A stretch of 64,000 nucleotides of DNA from an uncultured delta proteobacterium (GTDB lineage: Bacteria; Desulfobacterota; Binatia; Binatales; Binataceae): assembly GCA_963806485.1 (NCBI GenBank), contig CAWDXY010000001.1, positions 654,212 through 718,211 on the forward strand. Reading direction: 5' to 3'. The translations under genes were made by a program, and so were the position numbers. A model generated the notes under the pieces. It was not told the origin of the DNA, made no database searches, and was given only the letters and a program-made list of their open reading frames with translations. The number at the start of each line of letters is the position of its first letter. Positions within the stretch are counted from its first letter, which is position 1. Positions 29,964 to 39,844 of this stretch are shown one piece after another.

Positions 29964-30550
29964 CAGTTTGATGTCCTTCTCGATATCTTGCGCCGCGCGG
30001 CTATCGAGGCGCGAAATGCGCGCTCGCCGTTTGGATAAGTGACCAGGCCTTCGCGGTACTCTTCGATCTCGAGTCCGCCCGCGAGCGCGCGAAGCTCTCC
30101 ATGACCGAGCAGAAAGCGCGGGTCGCGCGGATGGCCAAGTGTGGCCTGATCGATCAGAAAGGTATCGGCAACCAAAAGGCCGCCGGGCCGGAGCGCGCGC
30201 TCAAAGTTTGGGAACAGTGCGCGGTCGAGGAAATTTATGTTCACGATGGCGTCGAAAGATTCGTCCTTGAGATGAAAGTTATCCAAGTTTGCGACCACGG
30301 GCCAGATGGCGAGGTGCGAAGTGCGCACAGTCGCGGCAAGAAGGCGCATCGCTTCGGATGAGAAATCAACCGCGACCACCGCAAGGCCGGCGCGGGCGAG
30401 CGCGAGCGCGTTGCGTCCGCGACCGGCGGCGACGTCGAGCGCGACGCCGCGCGGGACTCGCGCGAGCATCGCAGCCAGGAACGGCTCGGCTTCGCCGGCC
30501 GTCTTGCCGCGATGGTGTCGGTCCCACTCTGTCCGTTGCGGTTCGTTCAT
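29963..30550 (-). CDS. Class I SAM-dependent methyltransferase
   Basis: Motif I ALDVAAGRGRNALALA. Start MNEPQRTEW at 30550. Confidence 0.75.
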   Translation of the reverse strand: MNEPQRTEWDRHHRGKTAGEAEPFLAAMLARVPRGVALDVAAGRGRNALALARAGLAVVAVDFSSEAMRLLAATVRTSHLAIWPVVANLDNFHLKDESFDAIVNINFLDRALFPNFERALRPGGLLVADTFLIDQATLGHPRDPRFLLGHGELRALAGGLEIEEYREGLVTYPNGERAFRASIAARRKISRRTSN

Positions 30551-30590
30551 AGGACGCGGGCAAGCGGGGAGACGCCCACGCTGTGCGTCA
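30538..30590. repeat. Junction duplication copy A (degenerate comF 3' end + methyltransferase 5' end)
   Basis: The core cggttcgttcataggacgcgggc is identical to 31738-31760. Flanks are about 65% identical for another about 26 bp. Confidence 0.6.
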
Positions 30591-30694
30591 GTGTGCACGC
30601 CGTCGAATCGTTGGTCAGAAGAAGTACCGAAAACTCTGGAGGGTTAAGTTCATCAGCCATATCTTCTCCGCTCACTAGAGTTTTCCCGGAGGAT

Positions 30695-31553
30695 TCAGCC
30701 ACCCGGTTCTTCCAATAGCTGATCCAGCCGCATCACTCGAAGACCCTTGATGGGAACCCGATTGAGCAGAATAAAAAGCTTTTCATCATGCGTCACGAAA
30801 ACATCAGCTGCAGCAGCGGCGCAGACCGCATGTTGTAGGTCACAAGAATCAGAACTTTTGAACGATTTTTTCTCGACTGCCGTTCGGTAAATGAACGACA
30901 TTCCAGCGCCAACCATGGCTCTGACGCTGGATAATTTCAAGAGATTGCCTAGTCCTCTTTGTTTGCATTCTTCGGCCACGCCAAAAAGACTGAGCGAAGG
31001 CGAGCGCAACCGCTTCCGCGCCTTCTTCGAAGTATTGCTCAAAGTTCGGTGTCTCGTTTTTCTTCTGGAATTCCTCAAGGTCTTTCTCGCTCTCCGCGCG
31101 AGACTTTTTGACACCTTCAAAAAACGCTCGCTTTTGCTCCCAGCTCTCCCGGTTGACTGCTTCCAGCTCCTGCGCGCTAAGCGGACTATCAATAACGCGA
31201 TCTATTGCATGCCGAATCATAGCGACCGTACGCTCGTCCTCGAAGGCAGTATTAGCCCGCTCGCCGTTGTAGGCGAAGTGTCTGATGTCGTCTTGGAGGA
31301 TGACGCTGTGAAAGCGCACGAAGTAGTTCCAATTTGCCAAGTTGGCAATCAGACTGAGCTCACGCCCCACGATCTCGGGGTTACGGTGCAGAGCCGCGAG
31401 CGTCTCCCGAATGTTTGTATGGCTGAGGGCGATTGTTAAGCGTCCCGAAGATACGGCGGCACGCAAATCCAGCTCGTCTGCGTCGGTAACGCCATCTGTC
31501 TTCTTATACAGGTGGTCGTAGACGTTTGTATCCAAGTAGGCGAGTAGTGACAT
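30695..31553 (-). pseudogene. PIN-like domain protein, frameshifted at an A5 run, on a low-GC insert
   Basis: N-terminal MSLLAYLDTNVYDHL (PIN motif 1) in ORF 30849-31553. C-terminal DLQHAVCAAAAADVFVTHDEKLFIL (PIN C-terminal Asp plus THD motif) in the frame of ORF 30695-31192. Deleting one A from aaaaa at 30983-30987 gives one roughly 286-aa ORF. Local GC about 50%. Confidence 0.5.
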
Positions 31554-31737
31554 TTTTGGTGGATGGAGATTCGCGCAACGTTAGGCAGGTTGTGCGCGCT
31601 CTTTGTCGAAGAAGATCTCAGCCAGCAGGAACCTAACCCCTAACCCCTTCCCGCGCGGGAAGGGGGACCGGAAGTAAATTTTTCGCGCTACTCACTCCCA
31701 GCCTTCGCGCTCTCCTTTCGTTCCACTTGGCAGGATC

Positions 31738-31790
31738 CGGTTCGTTCATAGGACGCGGGCGAGGGTGAAGACGTCTACGCTGGCTGCGCC
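31738..31790. repeat. Junction duplication copy B (authentic comF 3' end + degenerate methyltransferase 5' end MNEPDPAKW...)
   Basis: See copy A. The two copies are exactly 1200 bp apart. Confidence 0.6.
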
Positions 31791-32516
31791 GGCGGCTATC
31801 AGGACGCGGGCGCATTCGTCTACGGTGGCGCCTGTGGTCATCACGTCGTCGACGATTAGTACGCGGCGGTTTTTGACGCGCTCTGGATGCGTGACTGCGA
31901 ACGCGCGGCGGACGTTTTTGATGCGCTCGTCGTGGTGACGCGCGGTCTGCGGCGGGGTGAAGCGTTTGCGGGCCATCGCGGTTGTATCGAGGGGCAGGTT
32001 GAGGCGCTTCGCTACTTCCGCGGCTAGTAGGGCGGCCTGGTTGAATCCGCGCCACCATAGGCGCCGCCAATGCAGCGGCACCGGGATTACGACGTCGTAG
32101 TCGGCGGCTGACAGTGGCAAATCGTCGCCCAGGTATTCCGCGAGCGCGCGGCCGACGGATTGATCGAGGCCGTACTTGTGACGACGAATCAGTGCGGGCA
32201 GGCTGCCGGGTTCGTCTTCGGCGGTGGCTCGATAGCGCGCGATGGTGCGGGCGATTCGATAGCGCGGCGGATGCGCGAGGCATCGGGCGCATTTTTGTTG
32301 CTTCAAATCGCTGACGGCGGAATCGAGCGGTCCGCCGCACACTTCGCAGCGCGGATCCGGCATCCGCTCGACGCGCGCCACGCATTGAGTGCAAACGCGC
32401 TTTCCCTGGCTGGCTACCGATGCGAGTGGAGTTCCGCACGCGGTGCATCGCGGGGGATAGAGAAAGTCGAGGACAATCGAAAAGCTTTGCGAGAACGTTT
32501 GGGCGAGCGCGGGCAT
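31746..32516 (-). CDS. comF: ComF family protein (phosphoribosyltransferase-type)
   Basis: N-terminal Cys-rich zinc ribbon (CTACG...CTQC, CEVCG...CARC) and PRTase motif VLIVDDVMTTGAT. Confidence 0.8.
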   Translation of the reverse strand: MPALAQTFSQSFSIVLDFLYPPRCTACGTPLASVASQGKRVCTQCVARVERMPDPRCEVCGGPLDSAVSDLKQQKCARCLAHPPRYRIARTIARYRATAEDEPGSLPALIRRHKYGLDQSVGRALAEYLGDDLPLSAADYDVVIPVPLHWRRLWWRGFNQAALLAAEVAKRLNLPLDTTAMARKRFTPPQTARHHDERIKNVRRAFAVTHPERVKNRRVLIVDDVMTTGATVDECARVLIAAGAASVDVFTLARVL

Positions 32517-32575
32517 ATATGATTGATGCGTCCGGCGGCGTCCAAACTCAAGGGGGTTGTGGTATAGAGAAAGCC

Positions 32576-33790
32576 ATGAGTGGACCGCTTGACGGAATTC
32601 GAATTATCGACTGGACGATCTGGCAGCAGGGGCCGGTCGCCACGCAGATGCTCGCCGACCTGGGCGCCGAGGTTATCAAGATCGAGGAGCGCGAGCGGGG
32701 CGACCCGGGCCGCGGAATTACGGCGGTCGCGGGCAGCGCGACCGTCAAGGGCGGGCGCAATTATTATTTCGAGGCCAACAACAAGCACAAGAAGAGTATC
32801 GCGCTCAACCTGAAGCATCCCGAGGCGCGCGCGATCGTGCATCGGCTGGCCACGCGCAGCGACGTTTTCGTGCAGAACTTTCGCAAGGGCGTCGCGCAGC
32901 GGCTGGGGCTCGGCTATGCCGACCTCGCCACGCTCAACCCGCGAATTATTTATGCGAGCGCGTCGGGCTACGGACCCGAGGGGCCGGACAGCGGCGAGCC
33001 GTCGTTCGATTACCTTGGGCAGGCGCGCTCGGGAATCATGAACGCGGTAGGAAGCGGGAGCACGGCGCCGACTTACGTGTATGGCGGTATTGCGGATCAG
33101 ATGGGCGCGATCATGCTTGCCTACGGAGTGCTGGCGGCGCTGTTCGCGCGCGAGCGGACGGGAATCGGGCAGGAGGTGGATGCGTCGCACTTGGGCTCGA
33201 TGATGGCGCTGCAGGGACTGAACGTCGTCGCGCGGACTATCATGGGCAAGGAATTTCCGCGCAACACGCGCGCCAACGCGTACAATCCGCTGTGGAACCA
33301 TTATCGATGCGCCGACGACAAATGGATTTCGCTGGCGATGCTGCAGCCCGATCGTTACTGGAAGGATTTTTGCGAAGTTCTGGGAAAAACCGAGTTGATT
33401 GAGGATCCACGCTTCACCGACGTGAAGACCCGCGGCAAGAACTCGGCGGCGCTGGTCGCGATATTCGACGAGGTGTTCGCGACGCGCCGGCGCGACGAGT
33501 GGATGCGAATCCTCAAGGGGCGCGGCGACTTCATTTATACGATCGTGAACTCGGTGACCGACTTGCCCACCGATCCGCAGGTCAGGGCCAACGATTACGT
33601 CGTCGACTACGATCATCCCGCGCTGGGCAACTTGACGCTGCTCGGGATGCCGGTCAAGTTGAGCGCGACGCCGGGCGAGCCGCGCGGGCATGCGCCGGAA
33701 CTCGGCGAGCATACCGAGATTGTGTTGACCGAGATGCTCGGCTACTCGTGGGACGATATCGCGCGGCTGCGCGAGGCCAACGTGATTTGA
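32576..33790 (+). CDS. CoA transferase family III (CaiB/BaiF) protein
   Basis: GIRIIDWT..GP N-terminus and the family catalytic Asp region. Confidence 0.85.
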   Translation: MSGPLDGIRIIDWTIWQQGPVATQMLADLGAEVIKIEERERGDPGRGITAVAGSATVKGGRNYYFEANNKHKKSIALNLKHPEARAIVHRLATRSDVFVQNFRKGVAQRLGLGYADLATLNPRIIYASASGYGPEGPDSGEPSFDYLGQARSGIMNAVGSGSTAPTYVYGGIADQMGAIMLAYGVLAALFARERTGIGQEVDASHLGSMMALQGLNVVARTIMGKEFPRNTRANAYNPLWNHYRCADDKWISLAMLQPDRYWKDFCEVLGKTELIEDPRFTDVKTRGKNSAALVAIFDEVFATRRRDEWMRILKGRGDFIYTIVNSVTDLPTDPQVRANDYVVDYDHPALGNLTLLGMPVKLSATPGEPRGHAPELGEHTEIVLTEMLGYSWDDIARLREANVI

Positions 33791-33827
33791 GCGCCGCTTA
33801 CACAGACGCGGCAGGGGAGTTGATGCG

Positions 33828-34238
33828 ATGGCGATAACGGGGACACTCGAAGACCGCGAGGAAGTTCGCATCCTGCATGCGCGCTATTGCCTGATGATCG
33901 ACACCTGCCGCTACGACGAATGGATCGATTGTTTCACCGAGGACGGCAGCTTCGAGAGCCCGCGCTTCGGCAAGCACGCTGGGCGCGACGGCCTCAAGCG
34001 ATTCACGGCGCTGTACAAGGAGTCACTCGGCGGCGCGCAAGTGCTCCACGTAGTCGCCAATCCGGCGTTCGACCTCGACGGCGCCGCCGGCACCGGCACT
34101 TCGTACTTCCTCTACTACCACTGCAAGAACGGGATAGTGCAGCAATCGACCGTGGGATTTTACACTGACAAGTTGCGCAAGACGCCGGCTGGATGGCGCT
34201 TTGCGAGCCGCCAGGTGACCATCCTGGGGCATCACTGA
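33828..34238 (+). CDS. NTF2-like (SnoaL-like) family protein
   Basis: 136 aa with a cone-shaped alpha+beta fold pattern (ILHARYCLMIDTCRYDEWIDCFTEDGSF). Confidence 0.55.
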   Translation: MAITGTLEDREEVRILHARYCLMIDTCRYDEWIDCFTEDGSFESPRFGKHAGRDGLKRFTALYKESLGGAQVLHVVANPAFDLDGAAGTGTSYFLYYHCKNGIVQQSTVGFYTDKLRKTPAGWRFASRQVTILGHH

Positions 34239-34334
34239 AGCTGGACCCGAATTTGCGCGTTGATAGAATTTTGCTGAGGCCCTGACACACACGCCTGGAT
34301 GCGATCGAGGCGTGAATGCAGTTGAGGATCGACT

Positions 34335-34841
34335 ATGGATCAATCGACAGGTGAACTGATCGGGCGGCTTTCACGGCTGGAACTGCAACAGGCCAAACTC
34401 CAGCGCAGCAACAAGCATCTGCGGCTGATGACCGGCGCGCTGATGCTGGTCTGCGGCGCGCTGTTCACGATGGCGGAGACCAGTTCGGTCGTCCCTGACA
34501 CGCTGGAGGCGCAACAATTCCTCCTGCGCGACAGCGCCGGCAAGCTGCGTGGCGCGATAGGCGTGACCTCCGACGGCGCGGTGGGTTTCAATCTTGAAGA
34601 TGCCAGCGGCCGCACGCGAATGACTCTTGACCTCGCAGCCGACGGCAGTCCCGGTCTGGATTTCTTCGACCAGGATGGCAAGATGCGCGAGACTGTGGCG
34701 CTGGGGCCGGCCGGCGACCCGGGACTCGGTCTCTACGGCGAAAAAGGCCATCTGCGAACCGCCCTGGATATTCCGCAAGCCAAGACTCCCGGATTGGCGT
34801 TTTACGATCATGACGGCAAGCCGTCTTGGGGAGCCCCCTGA
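34335..34841 (+). CDS. Membrane-anchored protein with about 20-aa DxxGK(L/M)R...G internal repeats
   Basis: One transmembrane helix (LMTGALMLVCGALFTMA), then repeating units (DSAGKLRGAIGV / DASGRTRMTLDL / DQDGKMRETVAL / GEKGHLRTALDI / DHDGKPSW). Confidence 0.5.
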   Translation: MDQSTGELIGRLSRLELQQAKLQRSNKHLRLMTGALMLVCGALFTMAETSSVVPDTLEAQQFLLRDSAGKLRGAIGVTSDGAVGFNLEDASGRTRMTLDLAADGSPGLDFFDQDGKMRETVALGPAGDPGLGLYGEKGHLRTALDIPQAKTPGLAFYDHDGKPSWGAP

Positions 34842-34842
34842 C

Positions 34843-35199
34843 ATGCGCTCACACCGACGGTTCTTGAACGCGAGCCGCTCCATCGGCGCGCTCATTCTGT
34901 TTGGCATGATCGCCTGCGCCGTTAGCGGATGTTACGAAGGCGATTACGGCGGCTATTACGGCGGTGGCTACCCGGATTACGGCTACGCGCCCTACTCATA
35001 TGGCTGGTACGGGGGCGGCTACCGTCGCGATTTCGACGTTCACCATTCGTGGGAAGGACACTACGGTGGCGGCGGGCATCATACGGAGTTCTATCACGGT
35101 GGTGGTGGCGTCGCGCACGTGGGCGGTGGTGGCTTCCACGGCGGTGGTGGCTTCGGCGGAGGTGGGCACGGCGGCGGTGGCGGCGGTCACGGGCGCTGA
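34843..35199 (+). CDS. Gly/Tyr/His-rich small lipoprotein
   Basis: Signal plus lipobox AVSGC, then YGGYYGGGYPDYGY and repeated HGGGG/FGGGG to the C-terminus. Confidence 0.5.
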   Translation: MRSHRRFLNASRSIGALILFGMIACAVSGCYEGDYGGYYGGGYPDYGYAPYSYGWYGGGYRRDFDVHHSWEGHYGGGGHHTEFYHGGGGVAHVGGGGFHGGGGFGGGGHGGGGGGHGR

Positions 35200-35226
35200 G
35201 TTCTTTTCGTCCTGCGCAAAATAATG

Positions 35227-35270
35227 CGGCGCCGGATCGCGATACGATCCGGCGCCGTTTTTCGTTTTTT
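35227..35270. terminator. Bidirectional rho-independent terminator
   Basis: cggcgccggatcg-cgatac-gatccggcgccg stem-loop followed by TTTTTCGTTTTTT. It lies between the convergent lipoprotein and TolC genes, with an A-rich run on the other side. Confidence 0.7.
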
Positions 35271-35287
35271 GTCGACGACCGCCTACG

Positions 35288-37198
35288 CTAGAAGGCCGAG
35301 TACCACGGCACTTCGTGCGGATTCTCCACTTGCCAGTTGATATTGAACTGTTGCAACAGCGTGCCGTCGGAGTGGGCGAGCGCGAGCTTGGCGTTTTCGA
35401 GATCGACTTCGGCCTGCACCTGGTTGCCCTCGGCGCTCACTTCCTCTTCCTGGAATTGCAGCAGGTCGTGCGTCGTCGCCATCCCGACCTGGAACATCAC
35501 ATACTCGTCGTGGAGCGCCTGGCGGGCGTAGTAAGTCGCCGAGGCCGTCGCGGCGGCGCGCTTCTGATCTGCATAGAGATTAGCGATCGAGCTCTGCACA
35601 TTGACGACCGCCTGCGACAGCGCCGCCCGATAGAGCACGCGCTGCTGCTCGTATTGTACGCGAGCCTGCGCAAGAGCGGCGCGCGGCACAGCGTTGTCCA
35701 GCGGCATCTGGAAGGTCAGCACGGCGGCGTAGTTGTAGTAGGTGAAACCCCACAGGCGATCGAGCGCGTCGCCGTAGATTCCGCCGAACGGCAGCTTGTT
35801 GCCGGGCACGGACGTCCCCGCCTCCACCACAGTACAGTTGTGGGTCGTGACCGTGCTTAAGCTCGACGTCGGCTCACAAGGCGTAGTTCCTGACGCAGAA
35901 GTCAGGCCGAATTGCGCGCCGAGGTTCAGCTGCGGCAGCACCTGGTTCTCCGAGAACTTCACCTGCAGCAACGCGTCGCGAATCGCCTCACGCATACTGC
36001 CCAGCGACGGCACGTACAGCACGGCCAGCTCTAGCGCCCGCTCCTCGTCGACGACGATCCGCTCCTGCGGATTGGGCCGCGTGAGCGGCTGAATCTCCTC
36101 GGGGATAAAGGTGCCGTACGGGTTGAGCATCACGTCCTGGCGGATCTGGACGCGGGAATTCTTCAGGTTGGCTTCGGCGGTGTAGACGTTGGCCTCCGCG
36201 GTGGCGGCCGCCGATTGCGCTTCCTGCAGATTGATCGGAGCAAGAGTGCCGACCTTGACGCTGATGGCGTTCTGGCGGACCAGGTCGAGATTAAAGACCA
36301 GCGCGGCGCGGGCGACCTCGAGATTCTCCTCCGAGAGGACGACGTTCCAGTAGTCGTTGCCGATTTTCTGCACGAAATCCTGCAGTGCCTGTCCGTAGGT
36401 CCATTGCGCCTGCTTCTGACCCGACTCGGCGATCTGGACGTTGATAGTCGCGAACTGCCAGCCGAAGTTCTGCAGCAACGGCTGTGAGAGCGAGAGTGCG
36501 AGGGAGGGCGCGTAGGCAGGATTGACGCCGGCGAAGGTCGAATTCGACAGCGCGCGATCGTTGTTGAAGGTCACGCCCCAGGTTCCATTGGTAATCGCCG
36601 AGACCTTGTTGAGGCCGAAGTTCCAGTCGTAGAATTTCTGCACGAACGCGTCGGCACCGGCGGTCTGCAGCGCGGACGTGACCGGTACCACACTCTTCTC
36701 GATATCACCCTGCGCGGTAAGATTCGGATCGAAAGTCCCGTTGGCCTCCCTGACGGTTTCCATCGAGGCGACCGGGTCGAGTTGGGAGGCCTTCAGCGAC
36801 GGATTATTCTGCATCGCGATGTAGATGGCTTCCTTGAGCGTGAGGCCGCGCGCGTTGGGATCTTCGGAGCGCAGGTACCGCTCGCTGATCACGTTGTCGG
36901 GCGCGAGTTCCTGGGTCAGCGACCACTGATGCGCGAAGATGCGCGGCAGATTCAGCAAATCATCGTGATGCTCGAACTGGTTGCTGGCGCTGGGCGGCAC
37001 GCTGCCCTGCGGCGGCTGCTGCGGCCCGACCGGCACGGACTGAAGCTCGATAGGTCCGGTCAGGGTAGGGGGAGGCAATGGCGTCGTGGGCAGTGAGCCG
37101 GTCACCTTGAGATTATTCTGAGCGAATCCGAGCGAGGTTCCGACCAACAGCGCGGAAACGATCAGCATCGCAGAAAAAAAGAATTTATATCTGGACAT
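35288..37198 (-). CDS. TolC family outer-membrane efflux protein
   Basis: Signal peptide, two tandem OEP repeats, 636 aa. Confidence 0.8.
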   Translation of the reverse strand: MSRYKFFFSAMLIVSALLVGTSLGFAQNNLKVTGSLPTTPLPPPTLTGPIELQSVPVGPQQPPQGSVPPSASNQFEHHDDLLNLPRIFAHQWSLTQELAPDNVISERYLRSEDPNARGLTLKEAIYIAMQNNPSLKASQLDPVASMETVREANGTFDPNLTAQGDIEKSVVPVTSALQTAGADAFVQKFYDWNFGLNKVSAITNGTWGVTFNNDRALSNSTFAGVNPAYAPSLALSLSQPLLQNFGWQFATINVQIAESGQKQAQWTYGQALQDFVQKIGNDYWNVVLSEENLEVARAALVFNLDLVRQNAISVKVGTLAPINLQEAQSAAATAEANVYTAEANLKNSRVQIRQDVMLNPYGTFIPEEIQPLTRPNPQERIVVDEERALELAVLYVPSLGSMREAIRDALLQVKFSENQVLPQLNLGAQFGLTSASGTTPCEPTSSLSTVTTHNCTVVEAGTSVPGNKLPFGGIYGDALDRLWGFTYYNYAAVLTFQMPLDNAVPRAALAQARVQYEQQRVLYRAALSQAVVNVQSSIANLYADQKRAAATASATYYARQALHDEYVMFQVGMATTHDLLQFQEEEVSAEGNQVQAEVDLENAKLALAHSDGTLLQQFNINWQVENPHEVPWYSAF

Positions 37199-37432
37199 CG
37201 TAACAAACCTCCGTGATACCTGTTGCCATCACCGGCGATGGCCCGCCGCTTGCGCGCGGAGCGATTTCGCGATTGGACTCAGCAGCCGGAATCGATCTGC
37301 CTGCGCCGAATCGAACGGAAACGAAGCGCTTGCGCGCCGCCAATTAGCCCGCGATTATAACCAAGGCTGCCCGCCATGTCTTCCGAAATCGAAGGCGGCC
37401 GCGCTTCAACGCGAGAAGCACCTGGAGATGGT

Positions 37433-37996
37433 ATGCGCGCTGTCAGGCTGGTAATCGCAATACTCATCGTGTCACCGATCCTGATGCTTGCCCTCAGCGA
37501 GTCAAGACTCTCGCGGCAACCATTCGCGCAAATTACCGCGGCGCCGGGACCAGCGCCACTGACTGCACCCGTGGCCCCCGGTCAGCCGCAGCCCTTCTCG
37601 ACGATCGGCGCGCTGCCCGCGCTCGCACCAGCGCCGGGGACTACACCGCTGGCAGCCGCGAGCGCGGCGCCGACGCCGCGCGCATTTCGATGCACCTGTT
37701 CGGCGCCGGGAATCTGGACCGAATGGGCGGGCATCGTGTCGTCGTCGAGCTATGTGCTCGCCAGCCAGGCTGCGCGCGGGCAATGCGCCAACTACATCCT
37801 GAACGCAAACGCGCCGTCGCCGTATATCGCGCAGGAAGGAGGAAACACGTTGAGTCAGCAACGGCCGACAATCTACAACGGCACAGCGTTCACGCAGCGT
37901 GCGCAGGTGAACACCTCGGTGGGACAATCTTTTCTCCAGCAACGCTCGACGGTTGCGGAGGAGCAGAACCAGTGCACGCGATGTGCCTGCAACTGA
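37433..37996 (+). CDS. Secreted/membrane-anchored hypothetical protein, Cys-containing C-terminus
   Basis: Hydrophobic N-terminus MRAVRLVIAILIVSPILMLALS, a Pro/Ala-rich stretch, then CTCSAPGIW...CTRCACN. Confidence 0.4.
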   Translation: MRAVRLVIAILIVSPILMLALSESRLSRQPFAQITAAPGPAPLTAPVAPGQPQPFSTIGALPALAPAPGTTPLAAASAAPTPRAFRCTCSAPGIWTEWAGIVSSSSYVLASQAARGQCANYILNANAPSPYIAQEGGNTLSQQRPTIYNGTAFTQRAQVNTSVGQSFLQQRSTVAEEQNQCTRCACN

Positions 37997-38002
37997 CGCG
38001 GG

Positions 38003-38899
38003 CTAATCGATCAGCGTCTTCAAATCGGGCGGGAGCGGCGCGGTCACCTTGACGTGACCGACCGCCGGCGAGTCGAACGCCACGTCGCATAGATGCAGCC
38101 AGAAGCGCCCGTGCGCGAGCGTCGGGCTCGCGGGGCCGCCGTAAAGAGTGTCGCCAACGATAGGATGGCCAATACTCGCGAGATGCACGCGAATCTGATG
38201 GCGGCTGCCGGTTTTTGGCGCGATTGACAGCAGCGTGAAGTCACCGACGCGGCGGACTGGCTCGGCAAGGGTCGTCGCGGGACGGCCGGCGCGTTTCGGA
38301 TTCGCGCTGGCAGCGTCGCCGACGACCATCTTGCGCGCGTTCTTGGCGTGATGCGCGATCGGCGCGTCGATCTCGGTCTTGTGCTCGAACGCGCCGGCCA
38401 CGAGCGCCTCGTAGCGCCGCGCGATTCGTCCGGCGCGAATCGCATCGCGCAGTTTTTCGAACGTGCCGCGATTGCGCGCTATCAGCAGAGCGCCTGATGT
38501 GCCGTTGTCCAGCCGATGCACCAATCCGCCTTCGAGCGGCTTCTCGCCGACGGTCGCGGTCTCGGGAAAACGCGCGACGACCGCGTTCATCACAGTGTCG
38601 CGCTCGCCGGCATCCAGCGGATGGCACGGCATCCCGCCGGGTTTGTTTACGACGATCACGCTCGCATCTTCGTGGATAACTTCGAGCGGGAGATCGGCGT
38701 TTGGCTCGATCGCGGCGCGGCGATCCGTCGCGGCAACTTCAACCCGATCCTCGGCGCCGACAATTTCACTCTTCTTCGAGCGACGCCCGTTGACTCGCAC
38801 CATCCCGCGCTCGACCAACTCCTGCGCAACGCGCCGCGAAGGCGCAAATCCAGTCCGCACAAGATAATGATCGAGTCGTTCTTTCGATGCGTCAGGCAC
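38003..38899 (-). CDS. RluA family pseudouridine synthase (RluD/RluC-like)
   Basis: S4 domain (RLDHYLVR...) and catalytic HRLD motif (GGLVHRLDNGTSGALLIA). Probable GTG start at 38899; the track ORF extends further upstream. Confidence 0.8.
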   Translation of the reverse strand: MPDASKERLDHYLVRTGFAPSRRVAQELVERGMVRVNGRRSKKSEIVGAEDRVEVAATDRRAAIEPNADLPLEVIHEDASVIVVNKPGGMPCHPLDAGERDTVMNAVVARFPETATVGEKPLEGGLVHRLDNGTSGALLIARNRGTFEKLRDAIRAGRIARRYEALVAGAFEHKTEIDAPIAHHAKNARKMVVGDAASANPKRAGRPATTLAEPVRRVGDFTLLSIAPKTGSRHQIRVHLASIGHPIVGDTLYGGPASPTLAHGRFWLHLCDVAFDSPAVGHVKVTAPLPPDLKTLID

Positions 38900-38904
38900 G
38901 ATAA

Positions 38905-39777
38905 CTACTGCCGCCAGACAAGGCCAGGGTTTTGCTCCCAAGGATGGACCTCGACCGTCCAGTCGGACAGCAGCGGGATGAAACGTCCGCCGGCTGCGTC
39001 GCACGCCTGCTTGGTAGCGATCGAATCGAACTCCGTCCAATCCGTTGTCTTCGCGTCGGCGTGGCGAGGCGGGTCGCACAGATTAACGTCGCGACTCCAT
39101 CGCGCGACGCTCAAAGGGACGTGTCGGTTGAGCTGATCATCACTGGCGTCTTTCTCAGCGACGTAGGTTGCACCGATCAGCCTATAGCCGCCGCCAGGAG
39201 TGGGTTGGTATAGAAGCGAAGACGGCTCGCTCGGATTGAACGTGACAGCGGGTTTCACACCGCTCGAGTGCTTCCAGAAGCGGACAACGGGAACTTTGAT
39301 TTCGGGAGCAAACGGTTCGAAGCCATCGGCCTCGGCGACGTGATAGTCCTGGTACTTGGCCAGTGCATGCTGAAGATCAGTCACGAGGATCGCCGCGCGC
39401 GCTTTGTCCGCGTCGTTCTCGGGCCGCAACGCTGTGTGCTCGATGTGGAGCGACATATTCTTCTCCAATTGGTCGAAGCCGTGAAGTCTCATGAAGAAGA
39501 ATTTGAAATATGTGACTTGCAAGAGTGGCACGGCCAAGACGGCCGCCATGCCCCCGAAAAACCACCGCCGAGACTTCCTGTAGACCTCCACATGCTCGGG
39601 AGCGATTTCCTTCTGCCACCGCGCACTGAAGGGCAACATAGCGAGCAGGTTCACTTTGATCGAATAGAGCCGTCCAATCCTCTTAGGAACTGCCGTTTTG
39701 ATCACGCCTGCCATAAAGATCAGCCAAACAATCAGACGGGCAAGTATGACGGCCCGATCGAGCTGCCAGACGCTCAT
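38905..39777 (-). CDS. Membrane-anchored hypothetical protein
   Basis: Probable start MSVWQLDRAVILARLIVWLIFMAGVI (single transmembrane helix). About 290 aa. Confidence 0.45.
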   Translation of the reverse strand: MSVWQLDRAVILARLIVWLIFMAGVIKTAVPKRIGRLYSIKVNLLAMLPFSARWQKEIAPEHVEVYRKSRRWFFGGMAAVLAVPLLQVTYFKFFFMRLHGFDQLEKNMSLHIEHTALRPENDADKARAAILVTDLQHALAKYQDYHVAEADGFEPFAPEIKVPVVRFWKHSSGVKPAVTFNPSEPSSLLYQPTPGGGYRLIGATYVAEKDASDDQLNRHVPLSVARWSRDVNLCDPPRHADAKTTDWTEFDSIATKQACDAAGGRFIPLLSDWTVEVHPWEQNPGLVWRQ

Positions 39778-39844
39778 GGTAATGCTGAGACGCCCCGCGC
39801 GAGATCGTAATCCAGTCTCTCTTTTGCGGCGTCCGCCAAGGAAG

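Noticed and set aside
31633-32448. 271-aa minus ORF (R/P-rich)
   Set aside because: Out-of-frame shadow of comF. Only its last 38 codons (MNEPDPAKW...) matter, as the decayed duplicate of the methyltransferase start.
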